DNA from: Candidatus Shapirobacteria bacterium
Lineage (GTDB): Bacteria > Patescibacteriota > Microgenomatia > UBA12405
NCBI GenBank assembly: GCA_028704635.1
Contig: JAQWFB010000001.1
Span: 5,541 to 69,540 of the forward strand
Length of the DNA stretch: 64,000 bases
Direction of reading: 5' to 3'
The notes beneath the pieces were generated by a model. It was not told where the DNA came from, made no database searches, and saw only the letters and a list, made by a program, of their open reading frames with translations. Shown here piece after piece: positions 1-8,680 of this stretch. The translations under genes and the position numbers were made by a program. The first letter of the stretch is position 1, and each line of letters begins with the position of its first letter.

Positions 1-351
1 ACTAAGCTTGAAAGAACTTCCTCTATTTCGGCCAAAATTGAAAATTATAAAGAAGGTTTTGGTTTATTTTTAAAATCTCCTATTATTGGTCACGGCTACA
101 ATAATCTTTTATATATTCGTCAAATTGAAAATCCTGATTCGCATGCCAATTCAGGATTTGATGGATCGTTAATGACGATTCTAACCACATGTGGCATAGT
201 CGGTCTATTCCTTTTCATTCTAGGGATTAAAAACATATTCATTCACAGTGAATTAACAACAAAAACAATCCTTATTTCCGTTTTAACTCATTCCCTTTTT
301 GCCAATTCCTTTTTATATCCTTGGGTTTTACTCTTCTTTATCTTTATTTAA
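1..351 (+). CDS. O-antigen ligase (Wzy_C)-like membrane protein, C-terminal fragment (5' end outside window)
   Basis: Frame-1 translation ends ...HGYNNLLYIRQIENPDSHANSGFDGSLMTILTTCGIVGLFLF...*. This resembles the Wzy_C H-N-x-x-L / E-x-G-ivG motif region. Stop at 349-351. Confidence 0.35.
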   Translation, partial: TKLERTSSISAKIENYKEGFGLFLKSPIIGHGYNNLLYIRQIENPDSHANSGFDGSLMTILTTCGIVGLFLFILGIKNIFIHSELTTKTILISVLTHSLFANSFLYPWVLLFFIFI

Positions 352-1064
352 ATATCATAAGTAATCGATATTGTTTTTCTGGTTTCATTCAAAGCTGTGT
401 CTTTAGCCACTATTTCAATATCATTTTTACCAGAATTTAATTGTACTTTTAATTTAAAATTACCATCACTATCAACAATTGCTACTTTACCATTTATCGT
501 CACGTTTACCCCTTTTTCACTTTTTCCAGTAATATCAAAATCAGCCGAATCGACTGTTAATGAATCTTCGCTTGGATTAGACATCGTTAATTCTGGAGGT
601 GCAGTGTCAAAAACAACTGACACTACTTTAGAAACTTCACTACTTCCACCTATTTCTTTAGTTGCCCTTGCTGAAAAACTATTTTCACCTTCACTTAATT
701 CAACATTTTCAAAAGTAAAGTTTCCATCAGTTGTAACATCAGTTTTACCAATTGATTGGTCGTTTTTAAGCAATTCCACGACCGACCCAGTCTCAGCAAA
801 ACCATCAATTTTAATTCGACTACTACTAGTTGCCTCAAAAGGAACTATTAATCGTGGAGCCAATGGGGGAACAACATTTTCACTTGTAGTGTCTTTTTGG
901 CTTTTAGTATTACCTAAAAGAATTGAAAATTTGATCAATAGAGGCAATCCAAAAACAATAATTAATACGAAAACAATAACTGTTAAAAAACCCATAAACA
1001 CGGTCTTTTTTGTTATCTGCTCATCTTTTTTTCTTTCTAGTCTCGATCTTTTAAATTCTGGCAT
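348..1064 (-). CDS. membrane-anchored secreted protein with Ig-like beta-sandwich repeats (hypothetical)
   Basis: N-terminal TM helix (FMGFLTVIVFVLIIVFGLPLL) followed by a Thr/Ser/Val-rich beta-strand pattern. The ORF on the opposite strand (397..1089) is a shadow ORF. Confidence 0.4.
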   Translation of the reverse strand: MPEFKRSRLERKKDEQITKKTVFMGFLTVIVFVLIIVFGLPLLIKFSILLGNTKSQKDTTSENVVPPLAPRLIVPFEATSSSRIKIDGFAETGSVVELLKNDQSIGKTDVTTDGNFTFENVELSEGENSFSARATKEIGGSSEVSKVVSVVFDTAPPELTMSNPSEDSLTVDSADFDITGKSEKGVNVTINGKVAIVDSDGNFKLKVQLNSGKNDIEIVAKDTALNETRKTISITYDI

Positions 1065-1198
1065 ATGTTTCTATATTATACATTATTAACATAATCCCTC
1101 CTTTTTCAAGGGAGGGAAATCCCGATTTACCGAAATAAAAACAATCTTTTTAATTTAGTTTTTTCTATATTTTCAATTTAAAAAGTTTTTGTTTCTAG

Positions 1199-1271
1199 AG
1201 CCGAAGGGGAGAGTCGAACTCCCGACCCCAGCTTTACGAAAGCTATGCTCTACCAACTGAGCTACTTCGGC
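1199..1271 (-). tRNA. tRNA-Thr (anticodon CGU)
   Basis: Reverse complement folds as GCCGAAG acceptor / GCTC-GAGC D-stem / anticodon loop TTCGTAA / T-arm GGGAG-TTCGACT-CTCCC. The acceptor is 7 bp and the discriminator is U. No CCA is encoded. Confidence 0.7.
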
Positions 1272-1276
1272 ATCAG

Positions 1277-1347
1277 AGCGGCTAGAGGGAATCGAACTCT
1301 CGACCTATCCTTGGGAAGGATATGTTTTACCACTAAACTATAGCCGC
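1277..1347 (-). tRNA. tRNA-Gly (anticodon CCC)
   Basis: Reverse complement gives GCGGCTA acceptor, D-arm GTTT/AAAC, anticodon loop TTCCCAA and T-loop TTCGATT. There is one A-C mismatch in the T-stem. Confidence 0.65.
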
Positions 1348-1367
1348 ACCAAAATATTTTACCACGC

Positions 1368-1973
1368 CTATAGTTTTGGAATTTTAATTGTCATTCCAAT
1401 TTCTAATAAACCAGCATGTGGAATTATTGCCTTATTTTCCTTCCAAATATTTACCCATTTATATCCATCTCCATAAGCATTAACTGCAATTTTCCATAAA
1501 TTATCGTTTCTAACTACTTTATAATCAGTTCCTTGTTCAATAGTAGTATTTGTAGTAGTAGCGGCAGTAATAGTATTAGTTTTTTCTACTACAGCCGTTT
1601 TCTCTATCACTGGCATTTTTAATTTTTGACCAGCATAAAGAATTGACGCATTTTTAAGATTATTTGCCTTCGCAATTTTTGACCAGGCATAACCATCGTT
1701 ATATTTCTTTTCTGCAATTTTCCACAAATTATCACCTTTAACTACAGTATAAGAATTTTCATCCTCTTGTTTTTGTTTAATTGCTTCTTCCGATAAAGTA
1801 ATATCACTGGCTCCGGGAATTTCCACTGTTCCTTTCTTTCTCTGAATAAAATTAAAAATCAAAGACACTACTACCACCATAATTGCCAATCCCAATAACA
1901 TACTCACTAATTCTTCTGAAGATTTAAAATATTTTTTACCTGCTTTAAACATATTTTTTATTATAAACAGCAA
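1368..1973 (-). CDS. LysM-domain membrane protein (two LysM repeats)
   Basis: N-terminal TM helix, then two copies of Y.VVKGDNLWKIA...G...L.IG..L.IP LysM consensus. Confidence 0.7.
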   Translation of the reverse strand: MLFIIKNMFKAGKKYFKSSEELVSMLLGLAIMVVVVSLIFNFIQRKKGTVEIPGASDITLSEEAIKQKQEDENSYTVVKGDNLWKIAEKKYNDGYAWSKIAKANNLKNASILYAGQKLKMPVIEKTAVVEKTNTITAATTTNTTIEQGTDYKVVRNDNLWKIAVNAYGDGYKWVNIWKENKAIIPHAGLLEIGMTIKIPKL

Positions 1974-2036
1974 CTAATAATTTTTGCTGAACTTATAATA
2001 ATGTACAAAACAATTTTAAAATAGTCAATGTAGCTA

Positions 2037-2339
2037 TTATTTTCTTGTTCTAATTTCTATTTCAGAAAAAATATTTTCACCTAAGTTACCAACAAATTTA
2101 CCTATATTCCTAGTAAAGAATTTAAGTGGTTCTATATTCAACCTATAAATTCTTCGTTTTCCCAAAATACGACTTTCTACTAACTTTGCCTTTCTTAAAA
2201 TCGATAAATGATTAGACAAGGTTGCTTGAGTTATTTCAAAATTTTTCAACAATTCATTCACAGACATTTCTCCATTTCTCAATAGAGTTAAAATTTTTCT
2301 TCTATTAACATCGGCCATCGCCTTAAATATTTTGTCCAT
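2037..2339 (-). CDS. ArsR/SmtB-family HTH transcriptional regulator
   Basis: Matches DVNRRKILTLL...MSVNEL...ITQATLSNHLSILRKAKLV wHTH signature. Confidence 0.7.
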   Translation of the reverse strand: MDKIFKAMADVNRRKILTLLRNGEMSVNELLKNFEITQATLSNHLSILRKAKLVESRILGKRRIYRLNIEPLKFFTRNIGKFVGNLGENIFSEIEIRTRK

Positions 2340-2425
2340 GCTCGTATTATATCGACAAATATCAATATATTCAAAACAATAATATCGACTTGATTATTAA
2401 AAACCTTTCAGAGAAAATAAACCAT

Positions 2426-3037
2426 ATGAAAAATTTTGATAATAAACAAGAGCAAACTTTAGTTATTGTCAAACCAGATGGCGTCCAAAGAGGATTAATT
2501 GGAGAAGTGATTAAAAGATACGAAACTTGCGGTCTTAAATTAGTTGCCTTAAAAATGTTGATTCCTACCAAAGAATTAGCTCTCAAACATTATTCTACTG
2601 ACCCAGATTGGGCCTTTAAAAGCGGCACCAAGGCTTTCGAATCCTACAAATCTAAAGGCTTAACACCTCCGGGAAACGATCCAATTGAGTTTGCTGAAAC
2701 TATCAGAAAAAAAGTGGCAAATTTTATGAGCAGTGGCCCAGTTGTAGCTATGGTATGGCAAGGCATGGGAGCTGTCGCTGTTGTGAGGAAGATTACTGGC
2801 TCAACCGAACCATTAACTTCAGCTCCTGGCACCATCCGTGGCGATTACACTATTGATTCTTATTCAGCATCAGATTTAGACGATCGTGCCGTCAGAAATA
2901 TTATTCATTCATCCGGGTCCGTTGATGAAGCTTTAAAAGAAATTCCGATTTGGTTCGATGAAAAAGAGATACTAAAATTCCGACTCATTTCAGAAGAAAT
3001 TATTTATGACGTTAACCTCGACGGCATTTTGGAGTAA
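2426..3037 (+). CDS. ndk: nucleoside diphosphate kinase
   Basis: LVIVKPDGVQRGLIGEVIKRYE and NIIHSSGS (NxxH active-site His) motifs. The start is probably Met at 2426 within ORF 2390..3037. Confidence 0.8.
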   Translation: MKNFDNKQEQTLVIVKPDGVQRGLIGEVIKRYETCGLKLVALKMLIPTKELALKHYSTDPDWAFKSGTKAFESYKSKGLTPPGNDPIEFAETIRKKVANFMSSGPVVAMVWQGMGAVAVVRKITGSTEPLTSAPGTIRGDYTIDSYSASDLDDRAVRNIIHSSGSVDEALKEIPIWFDEKEILKFRLISEEIIYDVNLDGILE

Positions 3038-3142
3038 ACCAAGTCTAAGTATCTAAGCCTAATTTCTGCTATAATAACAAGTATATTTATTCGACCTCCG
3101 GAATAATTCGCTTTTATTTTTTAACTATATTCGCTTAATCTT

Positions 3143-3655
3143 ATGACAGAAATTAAAAACACTTTTTCAGTTGGTGATTACATTATTGATTTTGAAAATA
3201 TTTATCAAATTACTAGTCAAAAAGATCAAAAAGATCTTTCCGGCAAAACAATTTCTTATTTCTTTTATGAACCAATTGATGAATCAAATAACAGAACTAC
3301 CTATTCCACTCCAATCGATAATATTTTTAAAAGCGGATTAAGACCTCTAATTAACCAAGACATTGTCAAAAAATTATACAAAGAAGCCGAAGAAAAAATT
3401 GATCACGATGCTCTTCTAGATTACAAATCAGTTAAAGAAACTTTATATCAAAACGACCCAGGAAAAGATTTGGTCATTTTAAAACAATTATTTTTAGAAA
3501 GAGAAAAAACGCAAGAAAAATTTTCAAGAACCAATAAAGAAATTTTGGAATCAATTTTAAAACATATTTCCAGCGAAATTGCTTTTGTCACCAAAAAACA
3601 AATTGAAACTGTCCAAGAAAAACTCACTTCTCTAATCAAAAAAGCCATTAAATAA
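3143..3655 (+). CDS. hypothetical protein
   Basis: 170-aa ORF with no motif recognised. There is a weak CarD/CdnL-like N-terminus (SVGDYIIDF). Confidence 0.3.
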   Translation: MTEIKNTFSVGDYIIDFENIYQITSQKDQKDLSGKTISYFFYEPIDESNNRTTYSTPIDNIFKSGLRPLINQDIVKKLYKEAEEKIDHDALLDYKSVKETLYQNDPGKDLVILKQLFLEREKTQEKFSRTNKEILESILKHISSEIAFVTKKQIETVQEKLTSLIKKAIK

Positions 3656-3686
3656 ATAAAACAAGTTATAATATTTTTTATAAAAT

Positions 3687-4052
3687 ATGATTTTTTTTAT
3701 TACATTGATCAGATTTTTTAAAGGAATATTAAAAAGTTTTAAGGATCCGGAGTTTAAAGGTCTACTTTATTCAGTTATAATCATTCTCTTGTCGGGAACT
3801 ATTTTTTATAATCAAATAGAAAAGTGGAATCTTTTAGATTCACTTTTTTTTAGCGTTACCACCCTTACAACAGTAGGCTATGGAAATTTATATCCACATA
3901 CAGCAATAGGTAAAATATTTACAATTATCTACATTTTTATAGGGCTTGGAATATTACTTGGTTTTATAAATGCTATAAGTAAAAATATATTTAGAACAAG
4001 TGATAAAGTTAAACATGTTAGAAGTAAGATCAAAAAATTATTACCCAATTAA
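3687..4052 (+). CDS. minimal 2-TM potassium channel
   Basis: Two TM helices flank a pore helix and selectivity filter TTLTTVGYGNLYP. There is no RCK domain. Confidence 0.7.
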   Translation: MIFFITLIRFFKGILKSFKDPEFKGLLYSVIIILLSGTIFYNQIEKWNLLDSLFFSVTTLTTVGYGNLYPHTAIGKIFTIIYIFIGLGILLGFINAISKNIFRTSDKVKHVRSKIKKLLPN

Positions 4053-5077
4053 AATTCAGTATACAATTCCACTTCTCTTTTACTTCCCACCACAATAGGA
4101 CTTCTTTGATGAAGTGAACGCGGCACTAAATCTAATATTCGATTATTACCATCAGTCGCCATACCTCCAGCCTGTTCTGCAATAAAAGCAATTGGTTTTG
4201 ATTCACAACACAATCTGAGCTTTCCTTCAGGTTTTCCAATTTCTCCTGGATAAACAAAAACTCCTCCTTTAAGTAAATTACGGTGAAAATCAGCCACCAA
4301 CGACCCTATATATCTAGCGCTACACGGATCTTCATCTCTTGTTTTTAAATAATCAATGTAATTTTTAACATTTGGATTCCACTTACTACTATTACCTTCG
4401 TTAATACTATAAATTTTTCCTTTTTCAGGAATTTGAATTCGAGAATAACTTTCTGGTAACACAAATTCGCCTACACTAGGGTCTAAAGTAAAACCATAAA
4501 CTCCATTTCCAGCTGTATAAACCAACATAGTACTAGTTCCATATAAAAAATATCCAGCACATACTTGATTACATCCTGACTGAAGAAAATCTTTTTCATT
4601 AACTAAATCTTTTACATCAGAAATTCTCTTATAAATCGCAAAAATCGAACCTATCGAAACATTAGTATCAAAATTAGAAGATCCATCTAAAGGATCAAAC
4701 CAAACTATATATTTTTCCTTTTCACTTGGAGAAAAAGCTACAAAACTTTCTTCTTCTTCGGAAGCAAATCCTGCCACATATGGATTCGAGCGAAGAACCT
4801 CTTTAAACTGCTCATTAGCTCTTTCGTCTAATTTTAAAACCGTTTCTCCTTGGACATTAACTTCTCCGGTTGTACCATGAATATCTTTTATTCCCGCGGT
4901 GTTTACTAAATAAGAAATTGATTTCGCCACCCGTGATAAGTCAGTTAATATCGATGTTAATGCCCCAGTAGCCTCAGGGTGTAAAGCTTGTTCTCTACGA
5001 AAATGTTCCTGAATATTCACTGGAAGAGAATTTTTATTTCTTTCTCGACTATTTTCTGCTTGTTCAATAGACATCAA
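4049..5077 (-). CDS. fbp: fructose-1,6-bisphosphatase class 1
   Basis: RYIGSLVADFHRNLLKGGVFVYPG and DPLDGSSN metal-site motifs. Confidence 0.8.
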   Translation of the reverse strand: MMSIEQAENSRERNKNSLPVNIQEHFRREQALHPEATGALTSILTDLSRVAKSISYLVNTAGIKDIHGTTGEVNVQGETVLKLDERANEQFKEVLRSNPYVAGFASEEEESFVAFSPSEKEKYIVWFDPLDGSSNFDTNVSIGSIFAIYKRISDVKDLVNEKDFLQSGCNQVCAGYFLYGTSTMLVYTAGNGVYGFTLDPSVGEFVLPESYSRIQIPEKGKIYSINEGNSSKWNPNVKNYIDYLKTRDEDPCSARYIGSLVADFHRNLLKGGVFVYPGEIGKPEGKLRLCCESKPIAFIAEQAGGMATDGNNRILDLVPRSLHQRSPIVVGSKREVELYTEF

Positions 5078-5137
5078 TGGATAAGATACACCTATAGGCC
5101 AATCACGTCAACATTTTCACATTCCAAATCACTAAAA

Positions 5138-5161
5138 AATCCCCTAAAGTAGGGGATTTTT
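5138..5161. terminator. A-tract / GC hairpin / T-tract (aatcccct-aaagt-aggggatt) bidirectional terminator-like element, repeat family copy 1
   Basis: Perfect 8-bp stem with 5-nt loop flanked by A6 and T5. A near-identical copy is at 7129-7152. Confidence 0.4.
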
Positions 5162-5172
5162 ATACTGACGGA

Positions 5173-5205
5173 CAGTGTGGTCCGAACTTGGAACTTATTT
5201 AAATA
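5173..5205. repeat. left copy of a 33-bp direct repeat (att-like), cagtgtggtccgaacttggaacttatttaaata
   Basis: 31/33 identical to 23623-23655. The right copy lies inside the 3' end of the serine recombinase gene. Confidence 0.6.
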
Positions 5206-5287
5206 AAATTGATAATACAAAGCCGACTTATGGCAAATCGAAAAATAAAGCAATATAATAAACTATTATTACCCAACAAAAAAACTG

Positions 5288-5809
5288 ATGGAAAATACAA
5301 TCGAACTATTACCAAAAAACTTTAATATTTCAAAAGATGAAACTGTTTTAATTTGTTTAAAAGGAACAAACAAAGAATGGTTAATTTGTACAGATAAAAA
5401 ACTCTATATTTTAAAAAGAGGATTTATGACTGGCCACCTCGCTGGAGACAGTAATTTTCAAATGCCATACAAAAATATAACTGGAGCACATACTGATTAT
5501 CATTTATTGACTGGATATTTTGAAGTAAGTACTGGTGGTATGCAAAATGTGCAAAAAAACTATTGGGCACAGGGACAAAACAGCCCACAGCAATCACCAA
5601 ATTGTGTCACAATCGCAGGAAAACCTATGCTAGAAAAATTTCGTGACGCTTGCCATTTTATTAATCAAAAGATTACAGAATTCGCCACTTCCAACAATAC
5701 ACCGACAAGTGTTGCGGATGAAATAAAAAAATATAAATCATTACTTGATGATGGTGTAATTACTCAAGAAGAATTCTCAGCCAAAAAAAAACAACTTTTA
5801 GGAATTTAA
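5288..5809 (+). CDS. bPH-like + SHOCT domain protein (hypothetical)
   Basis: C-terminal EIKKYKSLLDDGVITQEEFSAKKKQLLG matches the SHOCT short C-terminal domain. N-terminal LICLKGTNKEWLICTDKKLYILKRG resembles bacterial PH. Confidence 0.4.
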   Translation: MENTIELLPKNFNISKDETVLICLKGTNKEWLICTDKKLYILKRGFMTGHLAGDSNFQMPYKNITGAHTDYHLLTGYFEVSTGGMQNVQKNYWAQGQNSPQQSPNCVTIAGKPMLEKFRDACHFINQKITEFATSNNTPTSVADEIKKYKSLLDDGVITQEEFSAKKKQLLGI

Positions 5810-5833
5810 TTAAAATATATTTTAAAAATTATT

Positions 5834-6454
5834 TTACATTTCTTTAACTAAATTAAATTGATTTGAATTTTCACGCTTCTTTACAGCATTGTCTATATAC
5901 TTTTTGTAATTGTAATTTTTAATAAATTCATCAAAAGAAACAAGAGAAATGTAAGAATCTTTTAACTCATCATATACATTAGTGCATTGATGTAATTTAT
6001 ACGAATCTTTAATATTCATCATATTCTTTCTTACTAAATTTTCAAAATTTTTAATCGCTGTTAAAGGACAATTTTTAGAACATCGACAACAATTAAAAAT
6101 TCCCATTAAATAAGATTCTGCTTCTTTTGTATATAAAGCAACAACCCCATTTGTTCTATTATTTTCTCTATCCTCTAAGGAATATCGCAACTCATCATAT
6201 AACCAATCATCAATTTGATTATTACCATTTCTATCATAATTAATTGCATTTGGTGTAAGAATACAAATTGTTACAGATGTCTCTTTTAATTTACCGTAAA
6301 GGTATTCTTTAATAGTTTTTTCGGTTTGATTAGATCTATCTTCGTTTTCAGAATAGTTATTTATTGCAACAGTATCATCAAATAAATCATCCAATTCTTT
6401 CTTGTAATTGTTTCCATCACTAAATCTAAAAGATATAAACACATTTGTTGCCAT
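5834..6454 (-). CDS. TIR-domain protein (ThsB/DUF1863-like)
   Basis: N-terminal betaA VFISFRFSDG. Downstream SVTICILTPNAI, then DDWLYDELRYSL (W-x-x-E putative catalytic Glu helix). The start overlaps the stop of the upstream 3-TM gene (ATGA at 6454). Confidence 0.55.
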   Translation of the reverse strand: MATNVFISFRFSDGNNYKKELDDLFDDTVAINNYSENEDRSNQTEKTIKEYLYGKLKETSVTICILTPNAINYDRNGNNQIDDWLYDELRYSLEDRENNRTNGVVALYTKEAESYLMGIFNCCRCSKNCPLTAIKNFENLVRKNMMNIKDSYKLHQCTNVYDELKDSYISLVSFDEFIKNYNYKKYIDNAVKKRENSNQFNLVKEM

Positions 6455-6972
6455 TAGTATTGTTTAAATAAATAATAAAAATTTTCATTTCTAAAAGTAT
6501 TCTCTTTTTGGTTAATAAAAGTGTCATTTTTCCAGTAAATATCAATTTTATTAATATTTGAATAAAAAAATCCAAACAAAATTAATATTAATAACGGAAT
6601 ATAAAAAATATTCAATGTCTTCGAAAACATTGAATTAAGCCAACTATTTTTATTTTTTCTATAGTGTTCTGCTTTTAATGAGTAGTCAATTTTTTTGTCA
6701 TCTTTAATCAATCTAACCTCATCATAAAGTGCACGATAACATCTTTCTGTCGATAAAAAATAACCATCTAAAATCCAAAAAATTAAAATTATACAGATGG
6801 AGAATATAAAACAAAGATCATTTGAATCTTTAAACATGAAAGTAAATAACCCAACAATCAAAGTTATGGTCCACCCTTTTAACATAAAAAGATTATTACC
6901 CATACGAGTTACAATCGCCTGAATAAATTCCAAATGTTTTTGTTTATTAGTCATATAATTAACAGACACCAT
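6454..6972 (-). CDS. small 3-TM membrane protein co-transcribed with the TIR gene (candidate effector)
   Basis: Three predicted hydrophobic helices. There is 4-bp overlap with the downstream TIR ORF. Confidence 0.45.
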   Translation of the reverse strand: MVSVNYMTNKQKHLEFIQAIVTRMGNNLFMLKGWTITLIVGLFTFMFKDSNDLCFIFSICIILIFWILDGYFLSTERCYRALYDEVRLIKDDKKIDYSLKAEHYRKNKNSWLNSMFSKTLNIFYIPLLILILFGFFYSNINKIDIYWKNDTFINQKENTFRNENFYYLFKQY

Positions 6973-7075
6973 ACTTAATATTTCAAAGAGATTCTATCTA
7001 CTACCTATATAGTCAGTCAATATTGCAAAATATATCAAAATTTCATTTTGCAATTATTCCGCGGAGTAAAGTGTT

Positions 7076-7112
7076 ATTTTTCTCACCCCAACCTTAAAAG
7101 TTGCACTCATGG
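7076..7112. repeat. copy 1 of ttatttttctcacccc(a/g)accttaaaagttgcactcatg repeat
   Basis: Matches 26619-26656 at ~35/37 positions. Confidence 0.55.
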
Positions 7113-7128
7113 ATTATAAATCAAAAAA

Positions 7129-7152
7129 AATCCCCTAAAGCAGGGGATTTTT
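7129..7152. terminator. A-tract / hairpin (atcccct-aaagc-aggggat) / T-tract element, repeat family copy 2
   Basis: Same hairpin as 5138-5161. It lies immediately downstream of repeat 7076-7112. Confidence 0.4.
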
Positions 7153-7494
7153 GTATAAAGCGGGCCCTAGTGAACTATGTCAGCAACTACTATCAACATA
7201 ATCCAGGCTATAATTGCCTACTAGGATAGCTTTTCATGAAACATCAGGCCCCTTCCCTTTCTTATACGATTCCTATCTAAAAAACCATATTTTAATTGTG
7301 TTTTTTTACTATCCCTTACTAAGGATCCAAATCTTGCAAGTAATCTTTATTTTCCTTATAGATAAACACGACCACTTATTACTAAGTCGATTAGATAGCT
7401 TTGAGGGGGTGTGGGGAGAGTGTAGTTAGATTTTAAGGAAGTGATATTTTCAAAAAACCAAAAATTTTAAAACATGTGAATAAATTATAGTCAA

Positions 7495-8577
7495 TCAGTC
7501 ACCTATTGATTCCAGAATTGCTTTTGCAGTTAACTCTCCAAGTCTTGGAGGCACTGCATTTCCAATTTGTTTCGCAATATCACCAAAATTGCCTATAAAA
7601 ATAAAATCATCTGGAAATGTTTGTAGTCTAGCTGCTTCCCTTAAACTAATGGCCCTATCCTGTTCTGGATGTCCGAATCTACCTTTTGTAATCATACCGC
7701 ACCCTCCAGTCATGGTTGGAGATGGAGCGTCCCATCTCATTCGACCATAAACATCTTTATGTCCTGTGGTATTTTTATGACAGGTAAGAATTAATTTTTC
7801 TGGCCATGAAGTACGATCACCACCATTTTGTGGTGTATTTTTTATTCTTTGAAGGTTTATTTCTGCAAGTGATGCTGAACGGTGGAGCTTATCATAATTA
7901 TATGTTTCTCCTGCCTCGATTTTCGGTAAATCACCAATAGTGTTCTTAACCGTCATCCAAACTTTTAAAGTAGATTCTTTTTTAGCAGGATCGGCATGTG
8001 TTTGAGATAGAAAAACTGGTTCTTTTTTTCCTTTTATACCGATAATGACAACTCTTCTTCTGTGCTGTGGTACTCCATAATCAGCGGTATCGATTACATC
8101 ATATTTCAGTTTATAACCCATTTCTTTAATGTCCCCCAACACATCTTCAAGGATATTTTTGCCGATACCTTTAGCTAATCCTGGAACGTTTTCCATTACA
8201 AAAGCAACTGGTTTAACCTGTTTAATTATTTTAACCACTTCAAAAATAAGTTTGTTTCTAGGATCATTTCTTCTCTGGCTATTTCTTCGGGCATTAGAAA
8301 AACCTTGACAGGGAGGGCAGGCAATTAATACGATTTTGTCCTTTTTGGAGAGATTTCCAGCCTTCATAAGGTATTTACCGTCAACGTCACAGATGCTTTC
8401 TTTTATAACTTTACAATCCTTAAAATTAGCTTCAAATGATTTGCCTGCTATTTCATTGTTGTCAACGGCTACCCGAATATCAAAACCCATGTTTTTAAAT
8501 CCGAGAGCTGAACCTCCACACCCTGAAAATAGATCGATTACTTTATAGTTACTGTTCACATCATAAATATATAGCAT
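7495..8577 (-). CDS. DNA (cytosine-5)-methyltransferase
   Basis: Motif I DLFSGCGG, motif IV ACPPCQGFS, motif VI ENV, motif X QIGNAVPP. Confidence 0.85.
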   Translation of the reverse strand: MLYIYDVNSNYKVIDLFSGCGGSALGFKNMGFDIRVAVDNNEIAGKSFEANFKDCKVIKESICDVDGKYLMKAGNLSKKDKIVLIACPPCQGFSNARRNSQRRNDPRNKLIFEVVKIIKQVKPVAFVMENVPGLAKGIGKNILEDVLGDIKEMGYKLKYDVIDTADYGVPQHRRRVVIIGIKGKKEPVFLSQTHADPAKKESTLKVWMTVKNTIGDLPKIEAGETYNYDKLHRSASLAEINLQRIKNTPQNGGDRTSWPEKLILTCHKNTTGHKDVYGRMRWDAPSPTMTGGCGMITKGRFGHPEQDRAISLREAARLQTFPDDFIFIGNFGDIAKQIGNAVPPRLGELTAKAILESIGD

Positions 8578-8680
8578 TTCCTAGTGTAATTTCACAGACA
8601 ATTTTATTTTGATGATAAATCTAAAATTATTCCGAGGGTAATTTTACATGGTTTGATGTTACAATATTGCAATAATCAAG

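Noticed and set aside
397-1089. 230-aa plus-strand ORF in the ORF track (plus many other 60-160-aa ORFs such as 8336-8548, 9043-9318, 11660-12145, 45952-46308, 63043-63426)
   Set aside because: These are shadow ORFs fully embedded antisense or out of frame within longer ORFs that have clear domain content. Their low-complexity translations are typical of AT-rich antisense frames.
5181-5196. ggtccgaacttggaac in the att-like repeat resembling a tRNA T-arm, suggesting a tRNA fragment
   Set aside because: The surrounding sequence does not fold into acceptor or anticodon arms, so it is not a tRNA gene or pseudogene. The resemblance to the tRNA-Asp 3' end is partial (~50%).
7214-7429. 71-aa ORF in the intergenic region between the membrane-protein gene and the C5 methyltransferase
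   Set aside because: It has no RBS or start context and an odd composition. The region more plausibly holds the methyltransferase promoter and repeat elements.
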